The notes under the pieces were generated by a model that saw nothing but the letters and a program-made list of their open reading frames with translations, was not told the origin of the DNA and searched no databases. From the NCBI GenBank assembly GCA_030704615.1, contig CM060734.1, positions 2,418,001 to 2,482,000 of the forward strand: DNA of 64,000 nucleotides, in the 5' to 3' direction. The DNA is from Takakia lepidozioides (Eukaryota > Plantae > Bryophyta). Below are positions 47,947 through 61,545 of this stretch, piece after piece. Position 1 is the first letter of the stretch, and the number at the start of each line of letters is the position of its first letter. The position numbers and the translations under genes were made by a program.

Positions 47947-50900
47947 ATGGCTTCCTCTGAAGCGGAGTTCTTCTCTGACGACAAACCAGTGCCGTTCTCC
48001 CAGGAAGTCCTTGACAATGGATTTGCAATTGTTCTGGAACATGTCTTGGCTACCCGTTTTCAGCTTCAGAATGGCTCCATCTTTTTGGAGAAAAGAGGTG
48101 TACGATTTGAAAGGGAAGTTGTTGAAATACTCTTTCCAAAACCGTGATGAGACGGCTCATGTCAGCCAGTGGAGAGTGCGCCCTGGTCGATACAGAGTAC
48201 TTGGAGAGCCTCGGCGAAAGTCCCTTGGGTCATATGTGACGCCCGGGACTGCTGCTTCGGTCGTTGAAGACAAGAGGGAGGTGGTGGTGAAAAAACAGAC
48301 GTCCTCCACTCCAATCGTTGAGCTTTCGGATTCGTCCGATGATGACATAAGTGAAATTCCAAATCCAGTCCTTCCTACTGTGGTTGGAGAAGCTGATGAA
48401 GAAGAGATTTGTAGTGTCATTCCAAAATTACGGGCGATGGGAGGAATGGCTGGATTCAAAAGTGAGTTGCGAGGAATTGATTGGGAATCTTTGAAGCAGG
48501 TGCCTGTGAAGTTCTTGCCAGAGACTTTTGATGGCGATATCCTATTCGAGCTGCCTCCTCCTCCGCGAGTTGGAGGTGTAACAATCATGATGCATGGAAT
48601 GGACAAGAAACACGACGGGCACCCGTGGTGCAGAACAAAAACATCCAATATTCAGAATGATGACAAGCTTGTTTTCAGGAGAACAGTTTGCAATGGACAC
48701 CTTAGGTGTGATAATTTGAATTGCAGACACTTTCTTCAGTCTGGGTTTCATAATCAAAGCGAATGGGAGGGTCAAACCATGTCTGCAAATTCTGCAAACT
48801 TGTGCCATCCTGCTTGGCGCTCTGCGGAGCAAGAATGTACTATGTTGTCCACCGTTTGAAACAATGACAAGAGCTTGTGTGCATTTCGGATTCCATAACC
48901 ATCCTGTCTCGAAGGGGATTACAGGGAGTGTTGAGACAGTATCGAGGTTGATTAAACAGGAGTTCGGAGAAACCCATCCGCAACAACATCTGCAATTGCT
49001 CTTGGCGCAAGCAAGTCCTTCTTGGAAAGCCATATTTTGAGTGAAGGGGATTCTGTGGGGACTAAACTTGACGGTGCAGCATTGGACCTGGTCATGGATC
49101 ATTTCTCCACTTTGAGTTCACCTAACATTCGGCATCAGATCAATGCATTAAGAATGGGCTCTGGTATCAGAGGCTACATAGACAATTTTGGAGTTGAAAC
49201 GAGTGAGCAAGTACGATTACATCCAGGACAATGTATTCCCAGGTCAAGGTGCCATCAAAGTTTTTCTTTTCAAAATGTCGACTGTTGGGGAGGGCAGTGG
49301 GGTTAGCCTCGTGAAGCGGATGCAGAAGACTGGGGACTTGCAGAACTGTTTTCTTATGTTTGATCATGTGAAACGAGTGAAGGATTGGACGACAATGGCT
49401 TGTCATGTCTACGATCCAGTGTACCAACGAGACAATTGCAGTTTGTGACATGCAATCCGAGGATACGGAATCCCAGAAGCTCATGTGGAATTCCCTGATA
49501 CGTGTCATGGGCTGCCATCTCTCCAAATTTCGCAGGTTTCATGGCGGATAGTGCTCAAGCAAATTTCAATGCTGTTCGTATTGTCTTCGGATCGGGCGAC
49601 CCAAAAGTGCCAATGCGAGGAAGAGAGCGTACATGTCTATTCCATTGGACACAATCTCTGGAAAAACATACAAAGTCGGACATCAAACCAGAGATGCAGA
49701 CTCAGCACCGTAAATTGTGCAAAGAGTACAAAGATGCTAGAACAATGAAGGAGGCGACACTTTGTTCCAGACAATTCGTGCCTGGTGGTTCTCTTCTGGA
49801 GCTGCATCACTTGAGAGTATGAGAGCATTGGAAGATTGGCTGGCGTTTTGGCACTTCCGTATAGACAGTGGGGAGCAGCCATGCCAGTGGTACGAGGCTT
49901 ATATTTCTTGCTTTATTCATACATTTACTTTCCATTTTATTGTGTCCTCGCTTTCTTTATGTTGTTTTCTGTTCACTGTTTTGAAGTGTGGTTCTCCACT
50001 TTGCAGAACATGTCCATTGAGGAAATGGCGGACATGCCATCTTGCAATTTGGCAGAAACTGTGCACAACGCATGGTTGCAGCAGTCTGGGAAACGAGGTC
50101 GGGATTTGTATGTGGCAACAACAGATGATTTGATACGTGCCTTGCAACAACAAACCCGATACCGTGATTTCTTACGAGGTGGGGTTGGTGGCAAGGGTCC
50201 GGACAAATGGGAGTTGATGTTGCGTGCTGCAAACAGATCTGGGGATCCAATCAAGATAGCACGGGCGGTGAGCATGTATGCCCAGGGAACGCCACTTGTT
50301 TCTAGAGTTCCACATCTTGAAGGGAGGAGAGATTCGGCTCCTGTAAGAGGAAATTGAACACTCCACCTGGTTCGGATTTGATTCCCAGGGCAGACCGTGA
50401 TAACTTCTCGAAGCCTCGTGTTCCCCGCATGACAGCTCCATGTCCGGAACCTCCATTGTGGAGGAACCTCCAACACGACGGCAAGCTCCAGCATCAAACA
50501 GTGCCACTGAAATGGTGCAGGAGAGAAACAACCCCCTTGATGTGCTTGAGTCCGCATGCCCCGACCACGTTTGGCACATAGAACGCACAAGTGTAGGGTC
50601 TCGTGTGAAATGTACAGCGATCAGGGCAACTAATTTTGAGAAGTGCACTTCATCTATATCCAGAGGTGGTGCCCGAACTCCTGCTCCGACTTTCACGGGT
50701 TTGATGCGTCCATACGGTCAACCAGAAGCCAAGAACCACAAGTTCTGGTTCTGCGCAGATGATTGTGCCAGATGTGTGCATGGAACTGTGCGTCCTTCCG
50801 TAGTGATGAAGCCATCTCCTCCAACCGTTTGGCCCGTGAAGGTGGGAACACATCTCAGATTTCAGGAGATTGAAATGCTGGAGGAGGCAGGTTTTTCCCT

Positions 50901-51377
50901 TGCGAGACAACCCCAACTCCATGCATGTGCTACTACTTCTGCGTCCTCCCGGGTCCCCCGGCAAATCCTGACTTGTGGCCAACCAAACGAGATGGAAAGC
51001 TCGTTCGGCGTTTCCCTCCAACCGCTGAACACTTTGGCAAAGTGGAGTCCGCAAGAATGCTCCAAGCTCGTGTTGGAAGCACCACGGAAGTACCCGATCC
51101 AGGATATGGTCGGGTATTCACAATCATCACTTCCACATCTGCTGTTCATGACAGGACCTACGACATCACGGTTTCCCCAATTGCACATGTCCTGATTTTG
51201 TGAATATGCTATCAACCAGTTTGGGCAAGAGGTAAATTCATACCCTGCAAACATTTGTATTTCATATTTTTGAAGAGGATGGTTTGCGATCCCAAACGTG
51301 ACAACTTCATTCACCAGGCCACTATGAGTTTCAACGAGGTCGATACTCTATTGCAGCGGGATACAACACATGGGTAG
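47947..51377 (+). pseudogene. Family-B GCM-like/MULE/SWIM transposase (intron 49890-50006)
   Basis: DKKHDGHPWC...CNGHLRCDNLNC; LMFDHVKR; FMADSAQAN; CLFHW; CNLAETVH; C-terminal IPCKHLYFIF; many frameshifts. Confidence 0.88.
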
Positions 51378-51972
51378 CATCAACTATGCAATGTGGTATG
51401 TGGACGACCATGATTTGAAATGTGTAATTCACATCAATTCGTCGGCGGTGCAATGATATGGCCTCCAACTATACGGAGTGAGCTCTGAGTGACAACTTTT
51501 AAAAGCACATTTGTCATTGCACCGTTCGAAGTCTACATGTCTTGCTGTCGCTATGCACTACAAATCATCTTTTGAAGATGATCCTAACTCTCATTGTTAT
51601 TTGAGGAGGGGAAGGTCTTCCCGTGGCAGCCTCTATGGCGCACACTTTGTGAGGATATTTTCTCGTCCTCGTAATTGTAAAAGTGAAACAAGCATTTGTA
51701 ATTGCACAATGTTGGATGCTACAATTGTAGGCCTCATGGTAGTCTTGATTCTATTTAGGCAAGATTCCCTGCATTAATTCCACGGTCATAGGACCATCCT
51801 CGGTTAGGCGGCGCATGTTAATGTTGACGTGGCAGATGACGGACAGTGCCACGTCATCATTTGCCGCCACATCAGCATGCTGACATGACGCTCACGCCAC
51901 GTCAGCGTGGGTGCAGCTCACGCCGCGTCACTCCTGCGTGAGCGTACGCTCGCGCGCTCACGAGCAACGCTC

Positions 51973-53456
51973 CGCGTCATCAAATGTGGGTGCATCCTTC
52001 CACGCCGTACAAATGACATGATGTTCAGCTTGGAATGAGCTAGCAACAAATTTGGTAGTGTAGTGAGATAGACTCTGCATCCAATGGAATCCACAGGATC
52101 TCTCTTTCCCCTCCATTGGAACATTGGGGTCCTCACCGTACACACGCCGCACCACTGCCCAGTTGGCCTAAGCGTTGTCTGCCATGAATCCCCTGAAATT
52201 GGGCTCTGGCAAACCCGCCCTTGCCATCTGCTCGTTTATGCCCTCCCACAGATGCATCTCCGACTGTGTGTCCTCCCCTTTCATCTCACAAATTGCAATT
52301 GTCATGAGCCTCTTGGAGTGATAGTCATAAACATGCGCACCCATAGTCACCACTGTAATTTGCTTGATGTGGTCAAACATCACCCAAGCATTCGACAAGT
52401 TTTCAGTTGTCATGCGAGTGACCAAGTCGACTCCACTCCCAGGCCCACACGTTGACATTTTAAAAATGTAACAACGATCGGATTCGCTGCCTTGCCCTGG
52501 AGACTTGCTACCTTGGATGTAGTCATATCCAATCCTTCGTTTCACCTCCAGGATTGAGTGCATGTCCAACCCCCGGCCGAACTCCTGCTTGCAAGATATG
52601 ATGTGATTCCGCACATTCGGACTACAAACATGCGAGACGGACTCCAACAGGTCAAGCATCTCCTCTTCGTTCAAAGGCACTCGGTCTGAACCATCTTCAG
52701 ACATGATTTTGCCAAGAGCAATCTTGTGGGCTGCCTTGAGCTGAATCTGTTTTGGTCTGGCTCCGGGGCTCAATTTCACCTCCTCTTTTATGATGTCGTG
52801 TGTTTCCTGCACAGCCTCCCGGATGTTGCCTCTCGCCAAGGGGTGGCAGTGGACCCCAATGTGTATGCAAGCTCGTGTCAAGTCCGGGAGCAAATGGATT
52901 ATATTGCTTGGCTCTGCACATGGACATGCACGTAGGTGGTTCTTTGCAATGTGCGCACTTGAAAGTACCCGCCGGAGCTTGACTGGAAACAATGAATGGA
53001 TGATGGGTTGTGCCAGTCCAATCCGTCTCGTTTCTCCCCCCTCCTTTGGAGAGAAAGTGGAAGCAGGCGGGATTGAGGCACCTCAGCTTCCCCGCACAGA
53101 GAACGTATTGTACACGAACACCATCAGCAATTTTCGTACTACTGGTCTTCGTCACACACCAGGGGTGTCCGTCATGCTTTCGATCCATGTCTGTTAACAT
53201 CTCTGAGGCTTTGTTTGACGAAGTAACAGGTGGAAACTCGAAGATGACATTGCCATCGACTTTGGGAGGCAGATACGTTACCTTCCTGACTGGAAATTTG
53301 GCATAGTCGAGAGCAGCCAGCTCGGAGCGAGAACCATCGAGGTGATGTTGCTGTAGGAGCTGCACAATGGACCGGGTTGGAGTTATGCTCGAGGGTACAT
53401 GCGTAGCACCTGCAGAGATGTCCATGTCGGATTTGAACGACCGTGTGGAGGACATG
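51973..53456 (-). pseudogene. Family-A transposase fragment
   Basis: ORFs 52697..53455, 52168..52992 and 51958..52155 match 10290..12140. Confidence 0.92.
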
Positions 53457-53576
53457 GGGACCTCAATGCACTAATCTTCATCGTCGGAAATATCAAATAC
53501 CTCCACACGAGAAGCTATGGCTGGTCTTGACGGTCCAGGTCGAGAATGATTATCATTGCATACCTCTCTGTTGCAG

Positions 53577-55895
53577 GTATATGAAATACGTGTTTCTTAA
53601 GACTGGGGCCCTGGCTCAAGAGCCCCCGTTCTTCATGGTTTGGACCGTGGCGGGCCCAAGCTGTCTCTACACACCAGAGATGCAGAAACAATGGCATGCC
53701 GCACATCTCGTTGGACGCCCGTGGTACCTGGACATGTCTGGCGGACTTGTTGACGAATCGGAGAAAGATCTACACACAAACGCGGAGGAGAAGAGAAAGG
53801 AAAGACGTGTCCCTGCTGGGCCTGAGTTGGCAAAGAACGCTGCTGCTCTGGAACAATCCAGAAAGGTAGCTGAGATGGCACAGAAGACGGTGGATGCAGC
53901 TATGCAGGCTCAATAGAAGGGGTCGAAGAAGAGGACTCGCCAACATGGAGCAGCAGTTGTGACACCCAAGAAGACGAAGAAGCAGAAACAGAAAGAGCAG
54001 GAAGAGGGTGACGAAGAGGACTCCGATGGAGACTTTGTAACCAGCCCACCCCCCGAAACGCAGCCAAAATCCCTTGTGCCCACCGTTGTCACGAAAGGGA
54101 CGAGAACAGGCTCAGCAAAGAAGGCATTCTTCAACCCCCCGGGGGGGCAGGTGGAAATGAAGAGGCCGAAAGTGGAGCCAGAAACAGTAGTTCAATGTGT
54201 CAATGAGAGTTTCTTGGCGGCTTTGGATGGACGGGCAGCCAAGTGGACAAGACCATGGAGGGTCTGAAGGGCAGAGCACTGAAGAAGGCGGCTGCCGAAG
54301 AGCCTTCCGACACCCCTGGGTTTCTGAAGATGGTCTCGTTCTTTGAGACGATGTGTGCAGGGAAGGATTGCAGGAGGGGCGAAAAAGCCACCAAGTGGTC
54401 TTGCGATATGATCATCTTGGATATTCCGGATGGAGAGCCTGTGGAAGGACTGCAAGCTTTGCCATCTTGGAACAGGTACTCCAAGGACTTTTGGAAGAAA
54501 GGATTCGGGCTCGCCCGCATGGTGTTGGACGACAGAGGCTATGTGGTTGTCTTGGCGAGCAGAGGCAGGAATTGCGAAGTGGGCCCGCAAGAGCGCCGTC
54601 CCAATTCTGAAGAAGAAGTGGACGTGCATCAACACATTGGGCCTTCGGTCGGAAGGGAAGAAGGTAATTACGACATTGGCAATCGTCCTTTCATTGTGTA
54701 AGTTGTTTTGAAATACGGTGCCGCATTCGATTTCTAATCGTTCCCCACTGTGTATGCAGACAAAGCAGTTCGATGCATACTGCTTTGTGAAGGAGAACTC
54801 GACCTTTGCTTTCCGGAAGGATGGATTGTTGGTTGACCCGAACTGCGACCCCATCGATTACGATGTCCTGTTCAACAACGTTCCCACAGAACTCCTCCCT
54901 CATAGCCTCACTTCAACGGATCCCCTGCGATATTCACGGACTCGGAGCCCTGCCTTCATCCAGACAATTATGGAGGCATGCACTGACCTGGAGGGCAGAG
55001 TGCTGGACCTCATCTGTGGAACAGGTATGCAGATTCTTGTACTATGTTGTTCTGCGAATTCTCATTATGTTCAAATTCGCCATATCTGAAGGGCCATGTT
55101 TCAATGAGTGGATGCCATTCTAACAGGTGCCTCAATGTGGGCTAGGCGGTTTTCCGACTGGCACCTCTTTGTCTACGAGGATGACACATCCGTCTAGGGA
55201 TCCCATCTGGAAGGGCTTCAACGGAATGTGAAGGCTCCCATCGAAGCCAAAGATTCCTCGGATGATTCGTCGGACTCGGAGGAAGAGACAGTGGACATTG
55301 ATGCCGAGGAGAACCCGGAATACGAGTGAGTGCAAACATTGTAAGTTTGCAAAGATTTTTTGTCACGCGCATTTCCGGACTATGGTTCTTATTGGTCTCG
55401 TGGGTGATTGTTATGTGCAGGATTCCAAGATCCAGGTCAAAACCAGTGGCGCCTACATTTCTTGCCAGAGAGAATGTCCCGTTCTTTGCGAGGACCGACT
55501 TCATGAAGAGCCCGGTGAAGAACTACTCCCTTCCTAGTAATGCAACTAAACTTGCAAATACAACGATTAGACGATGTGAGAATCCCAGTGAAGTAGAGCT
55601 GATTTTGGAGAGGGCTAGGGAGGACAGAAGGATAAGGAAAGAGTTGGCAGCAGCTGAGACAGGTAGACGGGTGCGAAAGTATATATGTGATTCAGCGGAA
55701 GAAAGCGATGCAGACAGGGAGGACGACGACCCAACGGAGGTGAGATGGTCAGTTCCGCAAGGGGAAGATGGGATTTTTGAAAGCCTGGCCAACGAGCAGT
55801 CCGCTGGGCATGAGAAAGGCAATGAGGGGGTGGAAGGGGAGCAGGACAGTCAAGGACATGATGACGATAATGATGATGATTTTCAAGATTGGTAG
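53577..55895 (+). pseudogene. Family-A methyltransferase gene, 3' exons only
   Basis: CDMIILDIPDG and RVLDLICGTG with the same introns as copy 1; stops at 53914 and near 55195. Confidence 0.88.
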
Positions 55896-56028
55896 AATTT
55901 TAATTAACTCTCTGTACATTTACATTCTCTTCCAGAGTATATAAAGGAATTTCTCCCCGTTGTTGATGTCCCCTCTCCCATGTGCTTCTAAACGACACCA
56001 TCCTTCAAACCACGTCCTTCCCAAAACC

Positions 56029-56810
56029 GGAAATGTGGCGCCGCATTTCCATGTCGGAACAGAAAAAAGGAAATGTGGCAACTGCAAATACATCGTTTGG
56101 AAATGCGGCACCGCATTTCCATAACTGGGGCAAGAACAATTTTCCATTTCCTATTTTGGACATCAGAAACTGTTCGGCCGAACGGAAATGCGGTGGCGCA
56201 TTTCCGTTTTCGACATGAAAGTCTTGCCGATTGCCAGCTCCTTCCATTGAGGTAAATGGAAATGCGACGCCGCATTCGGAGGTCGAACACGTTATTCCCA
56301 TGGCGGACATGGAAATGCGGTGCCGCATTTCCATTTTGGAGATGGATGTTTGTCCAATTCCAGACCCTTCGACGGAAATGCGGCACCGCATTCCATGGTG
56401 CTGGACGGAAATGCGACACCGCATTCCATTGTCCAATACGAAATTTCGATGACGGACATGGAAATGCGGTGCCGCATTTCCATTTTGGAGATGGATGTTT
56501 GTCCAATTCCAGACCCTTCGACGGAAATGCGGTGCCGCATTCCATTGTCCAATACGAAATTTCAATGACGGACATGGAAATGCGGTGCCGCATTTCCAGA
56601 ACGGACATGGACATGCATTGGCGATTGGACATGCTTGGACAATTCAAGGTCGAATATGGAAATGCGGTGCCGCATTTGGAATTCGAAGTATGGAAATGCC
56701 ATGTCAAGAAAGGAAATGTGGTACCGCATTTCCGTTACGACCAGAACGGAGGAGTGGGAGCTGCCGGAAATCGCTGCATGGAAAAAAATGAAATGCGGTG
56801 CCGCATTTCC
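56029..56810. repeat. Family-A palindrome array, copy 2
   Basis: Starts at 56029, 56069, 56099, 56184, 56258, 56311, 56374, 56407, 56460, 56523, 56576, 56658, 56712 and 56789. Confidence 0.95.
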
Positions 56811-57085
56811 GAGCTTGGGCATGTACATGTTTCATTTTACTCATAGATGGATTTCCTTCACCTCAGGATTGTGATATCACTGACTCTGATATATTGATGT
56901 GGACAGACACATTGTAGAAATGAGACCACAGATTGTAAACAATGGGCCAATTACATCAGTTCTTGAATACAATGAAACTCAGCACACAGAAGTGAGGGAC
57001 GATGGGTTGTTTTATTGATCGAACATGGTGTGTCACATTTAGCAACTCCAAACAAATCTAAGCCTTTCCGCCTTCTACATGGGCG

Positions 57086-57735
57086 TCACCAAGTCGACGG
57101 AACTTCGATAGCCCTGAAAACAAGCTCATTACTGACGCGGCACCTCCAGGTAAACTGCAATGCGGTCGTTCTGGTGCCCTTGGTGGAGCTGACGACAATG
57201 TCATGCCCATCAATGATACCACCATCATACATTGACAAGGTCACTGTGGGCCTCATGTGCCCGTGCGATTCGTCTTCGCAACTCAGCCGAATGTCTCCAT
57301 AAACTGGAAGAGCGGAGTGAACTCCACGGATATAGTTTTCCCCGGTGCCGTCCTCCCTGGTCCACTGGCAGCAGTTCCAGCGCAAAAGCGAGGTTGTGCG
57401 TGATCTGTCCAGCATCCCATTCCAGCTTGGTATATCGAGGTCAACAATTTTCAAGACCCATGGACCGCATTGACCCTCGCCCTCACCTCGCTCAAAGCGG
57501 TAATAGCCCTCCAAATACTCCATTGCGCGCAAAGACTCACGCTTGATTCCAGAAGCGTTAGTGAAAACAGAGAGCCACACAATGATGTCTCCTGATTTTG
57601 GTTTGAACATCGCATATTCGTGGCCATGATAAGGGTAGTCAGCAGGATTGCGGCGACACGGCATCCTTGCAAAAGATTAGCGGAATACGCTCAATGACAA
57701 CAACTCCCGGATGGAGGAGACAGCAACGCGGTGGC
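57086..57735 (-). pseudogene. Unknown cargo protein X1, copy 2
   Basis: 192-aa ORF 57086..57664 is nearly identical to 19873..20451. Confidence 0.7.
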
Positions 57736-58106
57736 TGGAAGTAGTTCAAGGACATAACAATGTGTTTGCAAACACTGCAATTCCTCACTAACACTCCAGG
57801 GCACATTTAAATTTCCCCCCTACAGGAACCTACATGGATGAAGATTGGCTGCTCCATGAAGATTGGCTGCTCCATGAATATAGCCGTTTCAGTTTCCTTC
57901 CGTGCCATGCAAACTATGGGCCGTAAGTGCCAGGTGGGCCTATAGCCACTCAAGACAACGAAGTCCATCCCCCCTTCGATGTAAATGCAGCGCCGAATTT
58001 CCATCTGGGGGATGGACTTCGGTGGCAGATTACAAACTATTCCCCGTGGATGAGAAAGATGTAGCGGTTCATCCACCGCTGGCGTGATGAACACGTTACA
58101 CGATGA

Positions 58107-58819
58107 TTGGTGGGTAGGTGGGACCCAGATGCTCCATTATTGGAGCCCGCACTGCTCTTCCGCTTCTCATCATTTCGAAAATCAAAAGGCTTCATTGCTG
58201 TCCGCAAGGTCATTGTCATCGGCATCAAAGACGTCCTCAGGACCTCCTTTGCAAGGATGTCGTGCTTCCGGAATCAGGACGACTGCCCTTATGGAGGCTT
58301 TGATTATGCAATGTATTCGGCCACATCAGGAGACATCGTTCTCTGGCACACAGTTTACACAGAAGATAGTGGGGTGAATGTGGAAACATTGTCAGCTTTT
58401 GAATATATCCCAGGCCACTACGCCTTCGAGCAGGGTGACGATCTTGGTCTAAGGAGTCCGTGGCTCCTGCGCATCCTTGATTCCGATTTTCCCAGCTACG
58501 ATGGGCACCCATGCAGAAGAATGCGCACTGCTATGTTGTTGCGGTGGAACTGCTGCCAATGGACGTGGGTGGATCCATCGGAGAGACGTATACTCCTGAA
58601 GGAGTGTGCTCCTCTTCTCCATTGTATGGGGATATTTGCATTGGTGTAGACGATGAAAACGTGAAGCTTTCCATATTCGATGGTGGTATGATTGAAGGGC
58701 ACGACATTGTGGTGAACATCAACAGGGGCGGTACAACGGCTGCAATCCAGTTTACCTGGAGGAGCCCGATGACTCATGAGCTAGTTTTCAAAGCAGTCAA
58801 AGTCCCGTTGACAACGTGA
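58107..58819 (+). pseudogene. Unknown cargo protein X2, copy 2
   Basis: ORFs 58107..58649 and 58511..58819 joined by a frameshift near 58575. Confidence 0.75.
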
Positions 58820-59857
58820 CTTGTATTCAGAAGGCACAAGGCTATAGATTTGTTTGCACCATCAGCACAGTAGACGGGCTTCAAATGCAATTCATGTGGA
58901 TCAATAAAAACCCCATTGTGCCCTCTTTTTTGTTCTATTTTGTATCCATCGTTCCCAAAATGCATCATTCCTCATTTCGTTTGGGATTGGGGGTGGATTT
59001 TGCAAGTGGCTGGTAGGCTAAATGGCCCCCATTGTACAGAGCAGTATCACCCTACTATTCGCGAAACATTGCCTTTCAATATGTAATTCTAAAAAACATT
59101 GCTGAACCTCCTTCATCGGGAGGTCCTTCTCCCCCCTATGACCGTGACATCCTCAACCCTATTCCCGCGGACACTCATTTCCGGAAAATAGTCATGCTCA
59201 TGTTTTTTTCGACACTTACGACTCTACTCATGGCTCATGCCACTCATGGCACATGGCTCATGAAATAGCAGCCCCCATTCTATTGCTCTTCAGTCCTTCA
59301 ACAGGACGATTTCTACCACCATTCGTCGTCATCTAACACGATTAACATTCTTCCAGTCTCATAGATGTTCTCCCCATCTTCTATTAATTATGTTCCATCA
59401 GCAAAAGTTAGATACCATTGTTCTATCAAATTCTTTCTCCAATAATCTTCTTTATATAGGGTTGATAGTTCTTTATACTACACTCTACTCACAAGCTGCA
59501 ATTGAATAATTTCTATATCGCTGCAACAGAGCTTTTTAAATATCTCTATCGAGAAATTATCTGGCAGACTAGCAATCAACTTTGAGGGAAACTCCTCTGT
59601 TCTCTCATTAATGCACATTATCTCTATCTCATACAAAGTATAATCATTCAACACTTCATTCAAAATTCATTCCATCATTTCCATTACTCTGTTTCTTACA
59701 CAGAAAATACTTAATTGGATTTCCTTTTTTTCCTTCTTTTCTTCCACAAACAATAACAAAGACAGTATTGCAGAACCACGCTACCATTGATATAAGAGTC
59801 TGTACCACCTACCTTCTATAACTCCTACTCACACATACACACACTCTACACACTCGT

Positions 59858-60146
59858 TGTCGCGGCCCTTTGCCTTGAGGGCGAGGGGTTGGGACACAAG
59901 AGGGGCTGGCCCTGTGGTGGGGGCAGTGGCAGCAAATTGGGATAGGGGCTGAAGCACCCTTGAGGCGGAGGCGCTCACTAGGTGGAGCCCCGCCAACCGG
60001 GTTGCGGTGGGGGGGCTCCGTGTGGGGTGGTGGTAGCGTAGGGAGTCGTAGTGGGGGTGGCATAGGACTCACCATGAGGCTGAGGCCTTGTGGTGGGAGT
60101 TGTGGGGAGTCTTGGGACTCACCACGGTCCATTGGGGCCGTGGTGG
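59858..60146 (+). repeat. 5' part of an LTR related to 2066-2790
   Basis: TGTCGCGGCCCTTTGCCTTGAGGG... is collinear with the LTR start. Confidence 0.88.
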
Positions 60147-60479
60147 GAAAGAGATAGCGGTTCATCCACCGCTGGTGTGATGAACACGTTACACGATGAT
60201 TGGTGGGTAGGTGGGACCCAGATGCTCCATTATTGGAGCCCACACTGCTCTTCCGCTTCTCATCATTTCGAAAATCAAAGGGCTTCGTTGCTGTCCGCAA
60301 GGTCATTGTCATCAGTATCAAAGACGTCCTCAGGACCTCCTTTGCAAGGATGTCGTGCTTCTAGAACCGGGACGACTACCCTTGTGGAGGCTTCGATTAT
60401 GCAATGTATTCGGCCACATCGGGAGACATCATTATCTGGCACATAGTGTACACAGAAGATAGTGGGGCGAATGTGGAAA
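60147..60479 (+). pseudogene. Third, partial copy of family-A cargo gene X2
   Basis: Matches about 58054-58387. Confidence 0.88.
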
Positions 60480-61540
60480 TGGTGAAGTCCGACGCATCCG
60501 TGTGAATCTCAAATGGACGGTCGAACTCCGGGATCTTCAAGACTGGAGCTTCCGCCATCCGCTGCTTCAACTCGGCAAAAGCTTGGCCACAAAAAGTGTT
60601 CCATACCCATACCTTGGACTTACACAAAAGGTCTGACAGTGGCCCCGCGTTCTTGGCGAAATTTCTCACATATTTTCGGTAGTGGGAGGCGAGTCCCAGA
60701 ATAGATCGCACTCTCGGGACCGAAGTCGGAGGTTCCCAGTCCAAGATCGCCCTCACCTTTCTGTCATCCATTTTGATCCCATCCTGTGTAATCACATGCC
60801 CTAGGAACTCCACTTTCGTGACCCCGAATTCGCACTTTGAAGCTTTGGCATACAGCTTCCCTTCCCGCAATTTCTGGACACCTTCATGATACACCAGACC
60901 GTGGTTTGAACCCACAACCACATCCAACGTGGTATGTGCCCATTACCACTGGGCTACATGCTGATTGTAATCCGGCTGAAATACTTTACTCCTGCCAACC
61001 GATCGAAGAGGTCGTCGATCCTTGGCAAAGGGTACCGGTTTTTGATAGTCACCTTATTCAGAGCCCTGTAATCAACACACATCCGCACCGTCCCATCTTT
61101 CTTATATGCAAATAGTACCGGGGCTCTGTAAGGTGACTTACTCGGCCGGATGTACCCCTTTGCCATTAGATCCTTGAGCTGGGCCTTCAGCTCGACCAAC
61201 TCTCTATGGCTCAACCGGTAGGGCGCCTTGGCAGGCGCCTCCGATCCCGACACCACCTCTATCTTGTGGTCAACTCCTCTTTGCGGTGGCAAGCCGCTTG
61301 GTAAATCCTCCGGCGTCACATCCTGGTATTTCTCCAAGATCCCCTTGATCCAATCTGGGCTCGGCTCCTTCCACTTGTCTTATGTAAAGCAAAAGTGGGG
61401 CTCGTGTGGCTCCTCCACGGTCCACTCCTTTGCCGTCAGCAGGGTGTGCTGATGCAGGATGGACATCTAGTGGCTTTCGAAAGTAAGAAACTAAATGAAG
61501 TGGAGCGACAGTGGCCTACGCATGAGAAAGAAAAGACCAT
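60480..61540 (-). pseudogene. Rearranged Gypsy RT/RNase H fragments of the 2066-7549 family
   Basis: ORFs 60954..61337 and 60397..60927 match 4426..5840 on the minus strand; 61441-61540 continues RNase H on the plus strand. Confidence 0.9.
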
Positions 61541-61545
61541 GGTGA

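Larger units (their letters stand above)
40341..51972. mobile_element. Mutator-like DNA transposon, family B (11.6 kb), same transposase + ParB-methyltransferase layout
   Basis: Sharp boundaries: a known LTR sequence is cut at 40340 and a family-A transposase resumes at 51973. Ends are GGGGATG... and (reverse complement) GAGCGTTG..., both with GTGAGC subrepeats. No TSD. Confidence 0.82.
51973..59276. mobile_element. Family-A MULE, second copy, left-truncated and internally deleted
   Basis: Collinear with 10638-12135 and 16325-22010; right TIR ...CTCATGAAATAGCAGCCCCC ends at 59276. Confidence 0.93.
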
